Source: Tubulanus polymorphus
Taxonomy: Eukaryota; Animalia; Nemertea
DNA: 64,000 nt
Assembly (NCBI RefSeq): GCF_964204645.1
Contig: NC_134033.1
Span: 1,260,131-1,324,130, forward strand
Direction: 5' to 3'
Below the pieces are notes generated by a model. That model did no database searches. It was not told where the DNA came from and was given only the letters and a program-made list of their open reading frames with translations. Both the position numbers and the translations under genes were made by a program. This document shows, in pieces, positions 21,991-34,632 of the stretch (position 1 is the stretch's first letter; every line of letters starts with the position of its first letter).

Positions 21991-24900
21991 AAAGAACGAC
22001 AGAGGGTAATGATAATATTCGACGCCAGACCGGTTGAGCTGACAGACGAAATATCCCCTCAATGGCGTCAGATCGCCCGAAAAAGGCAAACGGTTAATAT
22101 TGTTTTTTGTTTATTCTCGTATAATAGATTGATTTTCATATCGATAGAACTCGTCTGCTGCACGCGTCGCGCCCGGAGATGAAGCGAAAAATACGGTTAA
22201 TTGCGTTTCGGCTTGTCGCTCGTCGATCGTCGATTCGTTCGTCGGTTCGGTAAACGATTTAAGACGTAAGACGTTAGACATTCGATAAACTTTAAGTAAA
22301 TATTCGTCGTCGGGAGATGAAATTAGACAATGTGTAGAGTTTTTGTGCCAGGTAGAGATTAACGGCAGTTGAGATTGAGAGAGAGAGAGATTGAGAGTTT
22401 GTTTTGATTTGATAAATTGACAGATTGAGACTCGACTTAGATGGAGTCGCACGTTGTGAACGCTGGATTCATGGATCACTGTTGCCAGAAAAAATATATC
22501 CCCCAATCAAAAGTTTAGGCATACGGCCATTATATATCGGCACTGTTGCATCTTCATCAGTCGAAAAGTAGTAGTCTTAATTCGTACAACTGATCTTAAA
22601 GTGGTAAAATTGACAGAACTGAAATTAGTATAGACCGGTCTTGTCGTGTTGCTGATTCGTTTCAGATCAGCTTTAGGTCGGTCTTCTGCTGTTAGATTAG
22701 TTTATATACTATATAGAACTAGAATGAGCTTAGACTGATCTTAAGTTGTTCGATTGGCTTTAGAACCAAAATGAGCTTAGACTGGTCTTAAGTTGTAAGA
22801 TTGTTTATAAAACCAAAAAGGCTCGAGCTTTAACAACTGGTCTTCTGGTCTTCGATTTCCGATTTCAAAATCAAACCCCCTGTTTCGCTCCCGGCAGGTG
22901 TGTTGGGTCTGTAAGGGACACTCAATCGAAAAATCAAACAAAATTTACCAGCAGAAATAAATGAATAATGGGGACAAGATCAAAACAACTGGTCTTTAGT
23001 CGTAAGGTCGGTTTGAGAAGCAAAAACGATTTTTTAGACTCGTCTGTAATAACATTGGCTTTTTTCATAGACTTTTTCTTAGTTGTCATTTATGAGCGAT
23101 TTTTCACGCAGCATTTTAAGATTTTCATCGCGTTTAATGCAGAGAAACCCGCGCGTACACAGCTGTGACGTCATCGCGTATTCATTTGCATATTACCGAG
23201 ATCCAGTAGGTGGAGCTAAAAACAGCGACATTTTGCGCACATTTCGAACGCTTTCGAGTGGGTTATAAAGGAAATGTTGACGACATTCTTATGTCGCTCG
23301 TCGCACAGAAGGCAGATATGTCTATCGCCGCCTATTCAGATATAAAGAGATATAAATAGTTTTTAGCGGGATCGATTACATAAAACAGCCCGAAGCCGAA
23401 AGACAAAACCCGATCTGATATAATATGATTATCATTGTTACACGTGGAACTCTAAAAAAATATCCAGCTTTGAACATGGGCGTGTCTGGGTTTGACAGGC
23501 GTGTCCGTCTGGTGACGTGCGTGCGTGGAGAGCTTAAAGTAGTATTCACCTCCCGATGTAGGCCTACAGCGCTGTAGAGGTCATCCGTGCAAAGATTATC
23601 AAATTCCACGAATTTATTGTCAATCTAAACTCTGTAGCGTCTTGCAATCCACATTTTGCTGAGTCATATCGATAAATCTTTTAATATTATGTCTGTACAT
23701 ATATAGGTTATTTTGTTTTGTTTTTTGTGTGTGTGTGGGTGCTAGGGTTAGATATATTCATTTTCATCGGATATAAATCGTACAAAATTGATCGTTACTG
23801 ACATTGACATCTAGCAATTTGAATAATACATCAGCTGAGGGATACAGTGCAAGCCTAAATAAAGGCTGTTGAGGTTAAAGCGGTCTTTCTGGCTTTGCGC
23901 GGCCTGTGTGGATTGTATCTGTATACTTTTCTATAGAAATTAACTTTGAATTTAAATCTATGACGTAATTTTGGCCGTCAAACGCAAAGCGCCTTACTGA
24001 AGTTAAGTCACCGATGTAACGTACGGTGAAAGCGTGTCGTCTGTGTTGTATCGATGTCCAGTTGACGGCCATTTCACGGCCGTTATGACGCGAAGACGGC
24101 GCCAGCGGCCATTGCTGAAGCAGAAAGTCATGGTTCACGGCAGTCTGATCAGTTCTGACCGATCAATGTGACGCCAAATATTCAATAAGCTTCAGAACAC
24201 GGCGACCCTTTAAATCACCATGCCAAAACTCACATATAGCTCGTCACTTTTTAAATGAATTCATACACGTGTGTTGTTTTTAATGTCAAAGTTCTCCCTG
24301 CGCTGCCTGTAAGGCGGGCCTGTAGCGCTGTTCAGGTATAATCAATAATTCATCGAGTTCGTTCGAGTTCATTGTACAGAACTCCCCCGCGGTCTGATGA
24401 CACGCAATCATACCTAATATGATAATATAACGATTGTTTTGTGTTAAAGTTTTCGTGTATATGCTCGACTTTGTAATTTTCGCGCGTGCTAAATTACAGG
24501 CCTGAACGCGCGTCACTCGAACTTCGCCGTAGGGTTCGAGTCCTGGATTATAACTGCAGTGCGAGTCAACGCGTCGAGCCGGAAATATCGCATATCGATA
24601 TGCAAAGTTAGCTTAGAAACGTCGAAACTAGTTTAGATAAGTCGGAATGAGCTCAGTGGAGTCAAGATTGGGCGTGTAGTGGTTAAATGATCTTAGGAGC
24701 GGTGAAAATAAGTAGCTTACTAATTACAAGAGGAATTAGGCTTGGCGAAATCGGAGGGACATTTTGAAGCGGTTGAGCTTCAAGTAGTATCATAGAGTTA
24801 CAGATATTAAGGGCGATTCCAGGATCAACAATAGAGGGCAGCACAACTTAAACTAAGGGCACAATCAATGAACTAATGCTTTTTGTGCAATTTCCAAACG

Positions 24901-25139
24901 AAGTCAAGGGCACCAGCGAAATACCGCCTGCTGCCGAGTCGACTTAAAATAGTTCTGCTAATTTTGTTCTTCCAGTTCTCGCGTTGGCTTCTTTCTACCT
25001 CGCTTGCCAGGGGATACTAGTCGGATTAGCTCACGAAAATATAGCGGAAGCCCGATGAAGTTCCGTGTAATATTGGGTTGATTAACAATAGCTCTCGGTG
25101 GCGCTGATTTTGCCGTCAGTCGCTTCGCGGATCGATCGG

Positions 25140-26345
25140 TCTGATAAGCGGAAGTGACGTCATATATTGCTTACGTTAAATCGATAAGAATATATCACGC
25201 GACTCGATTAAGCGTTCCCCTGGTAGTCATTGACTGATTACTCCAAGGACAGGCAAACATTCCTTCTACGGGTGAACAGAGTTCCGCCAGGGTGCGCTAG
25301 CGCGTGGTTCATTTGCATATAAGTTTTGCATAATATATAGATTTACAAAATGGAAGCCAAGATCTCAAACCGTCCGTCACTTACCGGTTCAGACTGGCTG
25401 GAAGATTGTTTGAATGAACTGGAACCGTAATGCCCAATTTATGTTCTTCGATTTAAACAAAAATACAACTGTAAATTTGACCGCCGATCACACAACTATA
25501 TTTGTACTTCGATTTCCGATTTGAGAGTCAAACCCCTGTTTCGCGCGACCGGCAGGTGTGGTGGGCCTCAGGATAAATAGAAAAAAATTAAAAGAAATCT
25601 ACCAATCATAACAAGTCAATCCCTAATTTAAGAAAAAAAAAACGAATTCGAAGACGGCTATAAAAAAAGATAAACTAAGCATCGAACGAATTCGAGTTTT
25701 TTTTTCTCTATGGACGGATCGAGTTCTGGCGAAGCAGAGAACATGGCCAAACGGTCGTGTTTGTCATGATGAGAATCTCCTGTTAGGCTGTTTTCCGCAT
25801 TTAGATCCGTGTTTTCCTGGTCGCGTTCATTCTTCCGCCGTTTTTTTTTTCTACCGCCGCTCTCTCGTTCGTTCGATCGACGCTGGGAGCAGACGACATA
25901 CGCACCGCGACTGCAGCGCCACCCCTCCGCCGCCTGCTCACTCGACGACGGAACCATCGATCCAGCGCTCGATGGAAACAAACTGTCTATTTATCAGCGC
26001 TTGTCGATATCGCGTTAGCTTCATTCCCGCGTTAGAACGCGCGGTGAGCAGACGAGAGATCCAGCGTCACGCTAAATACCGACCGATAACGATCTTAATT
26101 ATCAGTTAATCCTAAGTGTGGATTTTAGTTCTCTGATACTTAGAGCGGCTAAAGTAGTAATCGGGATTATTTTCTGTTGTAGTTTCTGGTTCGGTTTAAC
26201 CGGCGCGATGCAACGCGGTCGGATTCGTCGGCGGGTGTCGGACGGAATTCCTCCCGATGATAAAACATCGTCGGTCTTATCAGGTTAACACGGGTCTTAT
26301 CACCTGGAACTGGATGCGCAGGGGTATTTACCGGTGAACGTAAGG
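25140..26345 (+). promoter_or_regulatory. Candidate neuroligin promoter and 5' noncoding exon
   Basis: CpG-rich region 25700-26340, ETS-CRE CGGAAGTGACGTCA at 25149, octamer ATTTGCAT 25311, Inr-like TCATTC about 26022, donor AAC|GTAAGG at 26340; the coding exon at 31098 begins with an acceptor, so an upstream noncoding exon is required. Confidence 0.35.
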
Positions 26346-26967
26346 CTTACCGATACTTATCTCTCTCTCGCCGAGAAATGGTTTTCCGGGTTGTTACCGG
26401 TCCAGCGAGAATGTCGACGATGTTCGAAACTAGCATACTCGTACACTATCCATCCGGTTAAAGGATTTTAAAAAAACGATAGCGAAATATCGAGAACAGA
26501 TTATTTAGGCGTCTAAATTTCGAGTGGAATTTTTGCGAGGATGATCGCTACGGAATTCGGTGATTTTCTGAAATAGTCCTGTTTTCTGTGAAAAAAAATG
26601 AGGAAATTCTGATCATAGGAAAAATAATCGTGAAATAGGAATTCAGTGATAAGGACAACTCCGGAATTTTACCGAGCATTATAGAACATTTAGGTTGGTA
26701 TTTTTGGTGTTGTTGTGAGTGGTGTTGTGAATGTAGTTATCGAATTAGCTCATCTACCGTTTGCTTACTCGACCATTAAGTTTATCAGTTAAACTGATTT
26801 ATCTGATGAAGTTACTCTAAGCATTCTAGAAGCGAAAGCTCGTAATTTCATTCGGAATCATTCAACATACCACGTACACACAGTTTTCACACTTTGAATA
26901 GTTTTCAAATGTTGACGTTTAAGTTCGTATCAAGTGTGAATAATAAATGAATTGTTGCAAACAATCG

Positions 26968-27077
26968 GGATCCAGTTCCACAGTTGTGAATTAGAGTTAA
27001 CTCTGAGTTAAAATCAGTTCATTTTCAATGTTTTCACTCAGAGTCAAGTGTTAACTCACGACTGTGGAACTGGGTCC
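26968..27077. mobile_element. MITE with ggRtccagttccacagt TIRs
   Basis: ggatccagttccacagttgtga ... tcacgactgtggaactgggtcc; copies at 32477-32581 and 50712-50813. Confidence 0.85.
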
Positions 27078-27461
27078 TGATCCTGTTATGGAGAATTTAG
27101 ACTTTTTGACTTCTTGAATACAATCAGCTATTTTCAAAAAGCCCTTACTGTTTTTTTTTCTGATTTTTTTTTGTTTAGAAATGGCTCGTAGCTTTAAGAG
27201 TCGAAAACGTCAAAATCTCCTTTTCTTCAGATTCTGGGTTGAATTGGGCAAATCACTTGAAAACCAAAAAGTCCTTTCAATGTTATTAGACGCTACATGA
27301 GTGTGAAGGTCCTCGACTGAATTAGAGACAGTCATTTCTTGTCTATAAAAACGAACATGACTCAGGACCTGTTCCACTCGCTCGCCAAGTTTTATATTTG
27401 GAAGCTTAGTGTGACTCACTGTGTCCAGATTTCTGCTTGGTCGGTGATGGGAGGGGCTTGC

Positions 27462-27745
27462 CAGGGGCGGATCCAGGGGCTACTTGTGAAGGACTTGACA
27501 AATCCTAAATGGGCACTTTGATGTCCAAAAAGGCAATTTATTGCCTATGTGTACCCCCGCACTGAGATGTACCAATTATCTTCATTGATAAAGGGCAACC
27601 AGAAAGATGTGATGGACTTGTAGAAGTCTCACCATAAGTCATAAGCCATGGATCCGGCCCTGGACCCGGCTCTGGATCTGGCCCTGGACCCAGCCCTGGA
27701 TCTGGCCCTGGACCCGGCTCTGGATCTGGCCCTGGACCCGGCCCA
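27462..27745. mobile_element. hAT-like MITE (CAGGGGCGGATCCAG TIR) followed by 24-bp tandem expansion of its right end
   Basis: caggggcggatccagg at 27462, ggatccggccctg ending 27662, then (ggacccggctctggatctggccct)n; related copy about 35331-35488. Confidence 0.65.
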
Positions 27746-29468
27746 GCTGCAGTCTCTTAAACGTTAGTCGCGAAGTTGGTGTAAACTGCATTCCTTCCAT
27801 AGCGTTCGTCTGGATGGTGAAATTCTGAGCCAAACTTTACAAACAAAACGTAGTTTGACGCAGTGATTAAACTCATCGGAACCGAATCCCGAGACCCCTT
27901 TAAAAAGTTCATTGGCATTTATCAGGCGGTTATCTTGAACCAGGAACCTCCCTGCTTGAACCAACTTTTGAGCAACTGCAGCCCTTGTTCAATCCACAGT
28001 GTTGCGTCATGATTAGCTAATCTCCAACACTCCACTGTGGAACCGTGTCCACTTCCACCGTGGAACTGTTGCTCAATATCAGTCGTTTGTTACGGGAACA
28101 ACTACCGGCATTTTTCCTAAATTTAATTTTCACTCGGTTTTGCTTCGTTAGGTCTAATCTCCGACACAGCGCAACCGTCAAGGGAACAAACTACCATCAA
28201 CAGCCGTATATATTCAAACGAAACGTACCCGATGATGTTAAAATGAAATAGAGATTATCTGAACTTCAGTTTTACCAATATCAAACTACGGAAACGGATA
28301 CAAAAGGACGTGTTTAGGGGAAGATAACCTTTTTGTACCGACAGTAACGAGGCGGCTTTCTCTGTATCCGCACGAGCTGAAAGTGCGGAGTTTAATTTGT
28401 CATCGGGGACAGGAAAGTTCACCTGGAATCCGGTGATAAATTCTTGTCATCCTCGGAAAAATGAGGAAATTATCCATTTGTTTAAGTTAGTAAGAGAGGG
28501 CAAGAGAGGAGAGGGGAGAGAGGAGAGAGAGAGAAAGAGAAGAGAGAGAGGGGGAGAGGGGAGAGAGAAGGGGAGAGAGAGGAGAGAGAGTGAGGGGGAG
28601 AGAAATGGGAGAGAGAGGAGAGAGAGAGAGAATCGATCTGTCCAATGACAGCGACATGAGTTGCTAGCAGCAGATACTGCGGAGCAGACGAGAGAATCGA
28701 ATTACCATTACTTACTGTGTGATGTGAACTGATAATTCAGTTACGCAATCTCGCAGTCTAAATACGCATGAATTTATAGATAACTTCTCTTGATAAGATG
28801 CATTGATAGAAAATTAGTATCGAGAATTGATTACCCAACGAGTCCGGTCCCGCAATTGCGAGTTAGATCTGAGTCTAGCGTTTAAGAGATATTTACAGTG
28901 TTTGGTTTGATGATATAAAATCCTACACCTAAGCATTAAAGATTGAGTCTGAAATGAATTGTGTCTGAATTACTCGTACTAGTGGTTTATCCGACGTTTT
29001 TGACTTTGCTAATCTCATGGAGACTCACTTATTTTCTGGGAGTGCCTTACCCCCTACTCGAAAAGAAGGCTTGACCTCCCGTAATACGCAAAACCGTAAT
29101 CAATCATCTATCGACACATCGGTCGTCTGCCCCCAGAATGCAATCAGTATAAACTTCCGGTAGATTTACTCTTTAGAATTCCGCACTTCTGTATCAATAC
29201 AACGCGTACAAGAACGAATCGGTTCATAGATACAAATAATTAACGTAATTAATTACGTACTATTAATTAGCAATGAAACAAAAGCTCTGAATCGATGGTC
29301 GTGTTCAGGTTGAGTACATTGTCGTGTCGGTTTCTAGTCGTAGTGACGTTGAAGATCGAGTCATTGACTCCCTGAGTCAAATTGGTATCGTCTTCAATGT
29401 GTGTGGACCAGGAAAGCGAAAATAGGTGTCACATCGGTACGATAACCACACTCAAACGTGCTGAACAG

Positions 29469-29593
29469 ATGATAAGATAAAAACAATCTAAAACTGAAGA
29501 ACACGACGTTTCGATCTCAAACTAGAGATCATCGTCTCACTCCTGACGATGATCTCTAGTGTGAGATCGAAACGTCATGTTTTATCTTATCAT
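29469..29593. mobile_element. Inverted pair of Penelope-type hammerhead motifs (pLTR-like fragment)
   Basis: Plus strand CTGACGA-T-GATCTC tagtgt GAGATC-GAAAC-GTC (29543-29576); near-identical inverted copy 29505-29537; outer IR atgataagataaaa. Confidence 0.7.
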
Positions 29594-30297
29594 TAGGTGT
29601 CACATTGATCTTGAAATAGGGATTGACCCTGTTATTTGTTTGAACTTCCTACGCTGGGCGGGGAAATTATGACAAATCTATTTCAACTAGAATCATATTT
29701 TAAGCTATATTTGTTAATCAAACATAGCATCGATATATTGTTAAAAAACTGAATATATTTTTCCATTAGTTTTTTTTTCATCTCTGAATGAAGGCTTTGA
29801 AATCGCTGATTGTTTGTATAGCATATAAAGGTCATTTTGGCCTCATCGAATTTTGCAAATAATTCTCAGACCGGGGGAGCTGCGTTCTTTTTGAAAAGAC
29901 AAATATATAAAGGTCGCTTCGGACTCGATGACATTACGACTCAACTATACAAAAAAGACTAGAATCTAAAAAAAAAAACTGATAATCGATATTTGAATGC
30001 GAATTGATTGATTGATTTTTCTGTCAAAAATAGAAACAAGATGAAAAACGATGATTTTTTAATGATGTCTCAATTTTATTCGGACGAAAATACGGGCAAA
30101 TGATCTCTATAAAGAGACTGTAGAGAATATTGGCGGGGTCCGCAATAAGAAGAAGGACATTTCTTTATGAAACCATCGCCGGTGAAGGCTGCAAGCTGGA
30201 GTCCTCGAAACCTCGGTGTAATTTCTGAGAAAATGATTGTCAAATTTGTAGGTTTTAATGATTTGACTTGACTAGAAGGGCAACCTCGATGCTGGTG

Positions 30298-30556
30298 GAG
30301 AGTTTGTAATCTGTAAACCTGATACAAGTGGCCGGTAGAGAGTTTGTAATCTGTAAACCTGATAGAAGCAGCCCCGGTAGAGAGTTTGTAATCTGTAAAC
30401 CTGATAGAAGCGGCCCCGGTAGAGAGTTTGTAATCTGTAAACCTGATAGAAGCGGCCGGTAGAGAGTTTGTAATCTGTAAACCTGATAGAAGCGGCCCCG
30501 GTAGAGAGTTTGTAATCTGTAAACCTGATAGAAGCAGCCGGTAGAGAGTTTGTAAT
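30298..30556 (+). repeat. 40-42-bp minisatellite (ccggtagagagtttgtaatctgtaaacctgatagaagc), about 6 copies
   Basis: Direct reading. Confidence 0.9.
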
Positions 30557-31140
30557 CCGCGAATTGCCGTTTCATTTCGGATGAAAATTCAATACAACTT
30601 TTGCCGAAGAATTCTAACCATATTGTGTTTAGTATGCGTGCCAGGGTATAGGTTCCGCAGGCACCATTTTGATTAATGGTTATCCGATGTAATTATTCTG
30701 TTGGCGGCAGAGGAGTAGGAAGTATCTCCGTTGATCGCGACACATTTTATGCTATGCTTAGTTTAGCATCGAAAACCAACCGATGGATATTCTGCTGTTT
30801 GCGACTGATACTAAAACTTTAGGATTTACGCGAATTTTCAGAAAACAAAAACTAAATTGTTCTCGCGATATAGACGCCTTATTAACGTTTAAGAAACTCA
30901 ATGAAACAATAACTATAAATTCTGTTTCTTGACATTTCACGAAGAGGTTTTCTACCCATCTTCGATGCAAAATGGAGTTTGCAAGTTTGAATTCTTGAAT
31001 TGTTTCTTGGGCGCCTCTAAGGCCGGTTTAAAACCTCTTTGTTGGCCGGATTTAAGTTGAAAGGTTGGTTTTAAAAATGCGTACTTTATCTTTTCAGATC
31101 TGATTTAGAATCGGTGAAAGTATAGGAATTCGTGATAACG

Positions 31141-31594
31141 ATGGCGTTCGGTTGTGCGCAGGGTTTTTACACGTGGAATAAAGCCTTTACGTTACTGCTT
31201 TTGGCGTGGTTTGTCGACGACGCCAGGGGGCGCGTCTACCCGAGACAGACGAGCGATACGGTGATTCAGACTCGATACGGAAAACTGAAAGGTCTACTCG
31301 TCGAAATTCCGAACAAAAAACTGAAACCGGTCGAAGTGTACATGGGATTACAGTACGCGTCGGTACTCGGAGGGGATTTACGATTCATGCCGCCCACGAA
31401 TCCGATGGAAAAGTGGGACGGCATGCGAGTGGCGGTCGCGCACCGGCCCGTCTGCCCGCAGAAGATACCCACGGACGACGAGCTCGAACGCACGATGCCC
31501 AAAGGCCGAATCGATCACATCAAACGAATTATTCCGTTTATTAGGGATCAGAGCGAGGAGTGTTTGAATCTGAATATCTACGTGCCTGCGAAAG
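31141..31594 (+). CDS. NLGN: Neuroligin-family (cholinesterase-like adhesion protein), first coding exon
   Basis: Acceptor ttttcag|31098, ATG 31141, signal peptide, then TRYGKLKG, VEVYMGLQYA, LRFMPP, PVCPQ, and DQSEECLNLNIYVP (carboxylesterase type-B signature with the neuroligin-style MPKGR..HIKRIIPFIRDQSE segment); donor AAA G|gtaaga. Downstream exons not found in the window. Confidence 0.9.
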
Positions 31595-33220
31595 GTAAGA
31601 CACATTATTTCATGATGATATTTCTATGCATCTTTTTGTCACTTTTTATTGAAAGTTTAGCTTTGATTTGCTCGAATAAAAAGAAAACGTGACAGGAAAT
31701 AGTATTTGTCACCGTTCCCCCGGGACCGGTTAGGTAGAGATTTCACAAAAAAACCCATTTCAAGTCGTTTTGCCCATAGCGATGCGTTTAGGATTTTGGC
31801 TGTATAGAAAGTACAGTGTGATAGGTTATCGAGGGCTTATTCTGGGTTAGTTTGCCAATTTCCATGGTAAAATGCAGATATATGCAGATAGAAATCTGGC
31901 GTTAGGCAAGGAGTATGGATGACAGTCAATCGATTTTAGTAATATGGAGACTGGTTCCGGTACGACGTCTGGTCGAAATGTTGCCGTGACCTTGACTTGA
32001 TTTTTGCATCGAATCCAAAAAACTCCGGTGGTGTAACGTGTCGCTATGACGTCACCGGTTTAAGACCGACTGCCCAATCAGCGGGCGTCGATATCGCGCA
32101 GTCGCCGTCGCTGTAATTAAATAGACGAGGTGTCCGGTTTTTTATGTGTACCGGAACCGGACGTGACGTGAATAAAGCGACATTGAGAACGGCAGAAGAT
32201 AAACGGATTTATTCGTAATTCCTGCAGTCTTTCTTAACAACATTACTCGCTGGTTCCCTTTCCGTTCTACTACGTCACCGATCTATTGTCAGAGTGCAAA
32301 TAAAAAAAGGTCTGTGCCGAAGATAATATATTGAGTTAATAAATAAATATCTTACTTATCAGACATGATACAATGCAATATAGGTTCTTGAAAAATGAAA
32401 AAGTTTAAGCCCAAAACGGTTAAGTTTGAATTGTTGTCCTCATTGAAAACATGAAGTAATCAATGGCAATTATACACCAGTTCCACAGTTGTGAGTTAAG
32501 ATTTGGCGCCGAGTTAACTCATCGAAAATGAACTGATTTTTAACTCAAGAGTTATCTCTAACTCACAACTGTGGAACTGGATCAAAAGTTTGAGTAGGGT
32601 TTTTTTTGTAAGGTCTAACTGTGCAATACTGGGTTCCACCAGAATATAGTAACTTTATTCTTTGAAGATTTGTGACCGTAAAACCTACGTTCTTGCGGAT
32701 AACTATTTATTCTCTGTACGCAACTCGGATCCGCTCGGCAGTTCGTAGAGGCAGCTTCATTCATACTGTCGCGAAATTGAATTAGTTGATGCGCTGATGA
32801 GCGATTGGTGAACTGAGACAAGAGACTGGAGGTAGAAGGCATCACTTTTCCCGACGCTGACTTCATCTGACTTCATCTGTTCCATCGACAAACGGTAGTA
32901 GTAGTAGGTTGCGCGCGCGCGTCAGTCGATAAAACTGTACCTGGTAGAAAATACGCGTTGATGATACAATATTGACCGTTATTTTTGAATTGATTTGACG
33001 TGTAGGATATTCGTGTGTGTAGTCATTAGCAGCGCAGACGAACAATCTAATTGATTACTTGTAAGAAATAGATGACAACCACCCGAGTAGGATCTCTTAC
33101 TGTTCGAGTAGTTTGCTAGATAGATTACCTTAACAAAAGTCAATACAAAAATGTATTTTGTTTTCCCTCTTGACAAATTACACGGATTGTGGAAGGGATC
33201 TAGACTATTGCCGTTTGTGT

Positions 33221-34228
33221 GGGTAGAATCTTACCGGTCTCAACCGCAGTAAGAGACAGAGTCTACTGTATTTCACAAACTCTTACTCTGTATTTGACAC
33301 CAACTCGGGGTAGAATTTTACCGGTCTCAACTTTACCGCAGTAAGAGACAGAGTCTACTGTATCTCACAAACTCTTACTCAGTATTTGACACCAACTCGG
33401 GGTAGAATCTTACCGGTCTCAACCGCAGTAAGAGACAGAGTCTACTGTATTTCACAAACTCTTACTCTGTATTTGACACCAACTCGGGGTAGAATTTTAC
33501 CGGTCTCAACTTTACCGCAGTAAGAGACAGAGTCTACTGTATCTCACAAACTCTTACTCAGTATTTGACACCAACTCGGGGTAGAATCTTACCGGTCTCA
33601 ACCGCAGTAAGAGACAGAGTCTACTGTATTTCACAAACTCTTACTCTGTATTTGACACCAACTCGGGGTAGAATTTTACCGGTCTCAACTTTACCGCAGT
33701 AAGAGACAGAGTCTACTGTATCTCACAAACTCTTACTCAGTATTTGACACCAACTCGGGTAGAATCTTACCAGTCTCAACTTTACCGCAGTAAGAGACAG
33801 AGTCTACTGTATTTCACAAACTCTTACTCAGTATTTGACAACAACTCTGGGTAGAATTTTACCAGTCTCAACTTTACCGCAGTAAGAGACAGAGTCTACT
33901 GTATTTCACAAACTCTTACTCGGTATTTGACACCAACTCGGGGTAGTATTTTACCGGTCTCAACTTTACCGCAGTAAGAGACAGAGTCTACTGTATTTCA
34001 CAAACTCTTACTCAGTATTTGACAACAACTCGGGGTAGAATTTTACCGGTCTCAACTTTACCGCAGTAAGAGACAGAGTCTACTGTATTTCACAAACTCT
34101 TACTCAGTATTTGACACCAACTCGGGGTAGAATTTTACCAGTCTCAACTTTACCGCAGTAAGAGACAGAGTCTACTGTATTTCACAAACTCTTACTCGGT
34201 ATTTGACACCAACTCGGGGTAGTATTTT
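33221..34228 (+). repeat. 87/92-bp satellite, 11 units, with dimeric higher-order period
   Basis: Unit starts 33224, 33311, 33403, 33490, 33582, 33669, 33760, 33852...; contains gagtctactgta (reverse of TACAGTAGACTC). Confidence 0.9.
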
Positions 34229-34556
34229 TTGGCAGCAGGCCTGTATAGGTCTCAACGCTGACCGGGTATCTGATCCCAACTCGACGATTGGGCAGAGATT
34301 TATCTAAACTTAACGAAGCAAATCTCTCGTTCGCGATGAGATTGATGAATAACCATTTCGAATCTCTCGGAGACGGACTCAAAAATCATAACTGCATCAA
34401 AGTACTGGAACTATATCGAGTTAACGCTGGTGACTTGATTGATGTCGCAAGCTCTGTCGATGACCCGTACACTATTAGCGCTATGTACGCTTTGACAAGT
34501 CCGGTTAATCTTACGTCAAACGTCGAGAAAATGGACGTTACTCAATGTCACTTTTC

Positions 34557-34632
34557 TGCAGCGACAGCAGCAGTAGCAGCAGCGGCGGCAGCAGCAGCAG
34601 CAGTAGCAGCGGCGGCAGCAGCAGCAGCAGCA
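34557..34632. repeat. (CAG/CGG)n trinucleotide repeat (smaller ones at 36501, 43905, 44441, 50837)
   Basis: Direct reading. Confidence 0.9.

Noticed and set aside
31595-31692. C-terminal hydrophobic tail of the 186-aa ORF as a transmembrane segment
   Set aside because: Read-through into intron after the GTAAGA donor.
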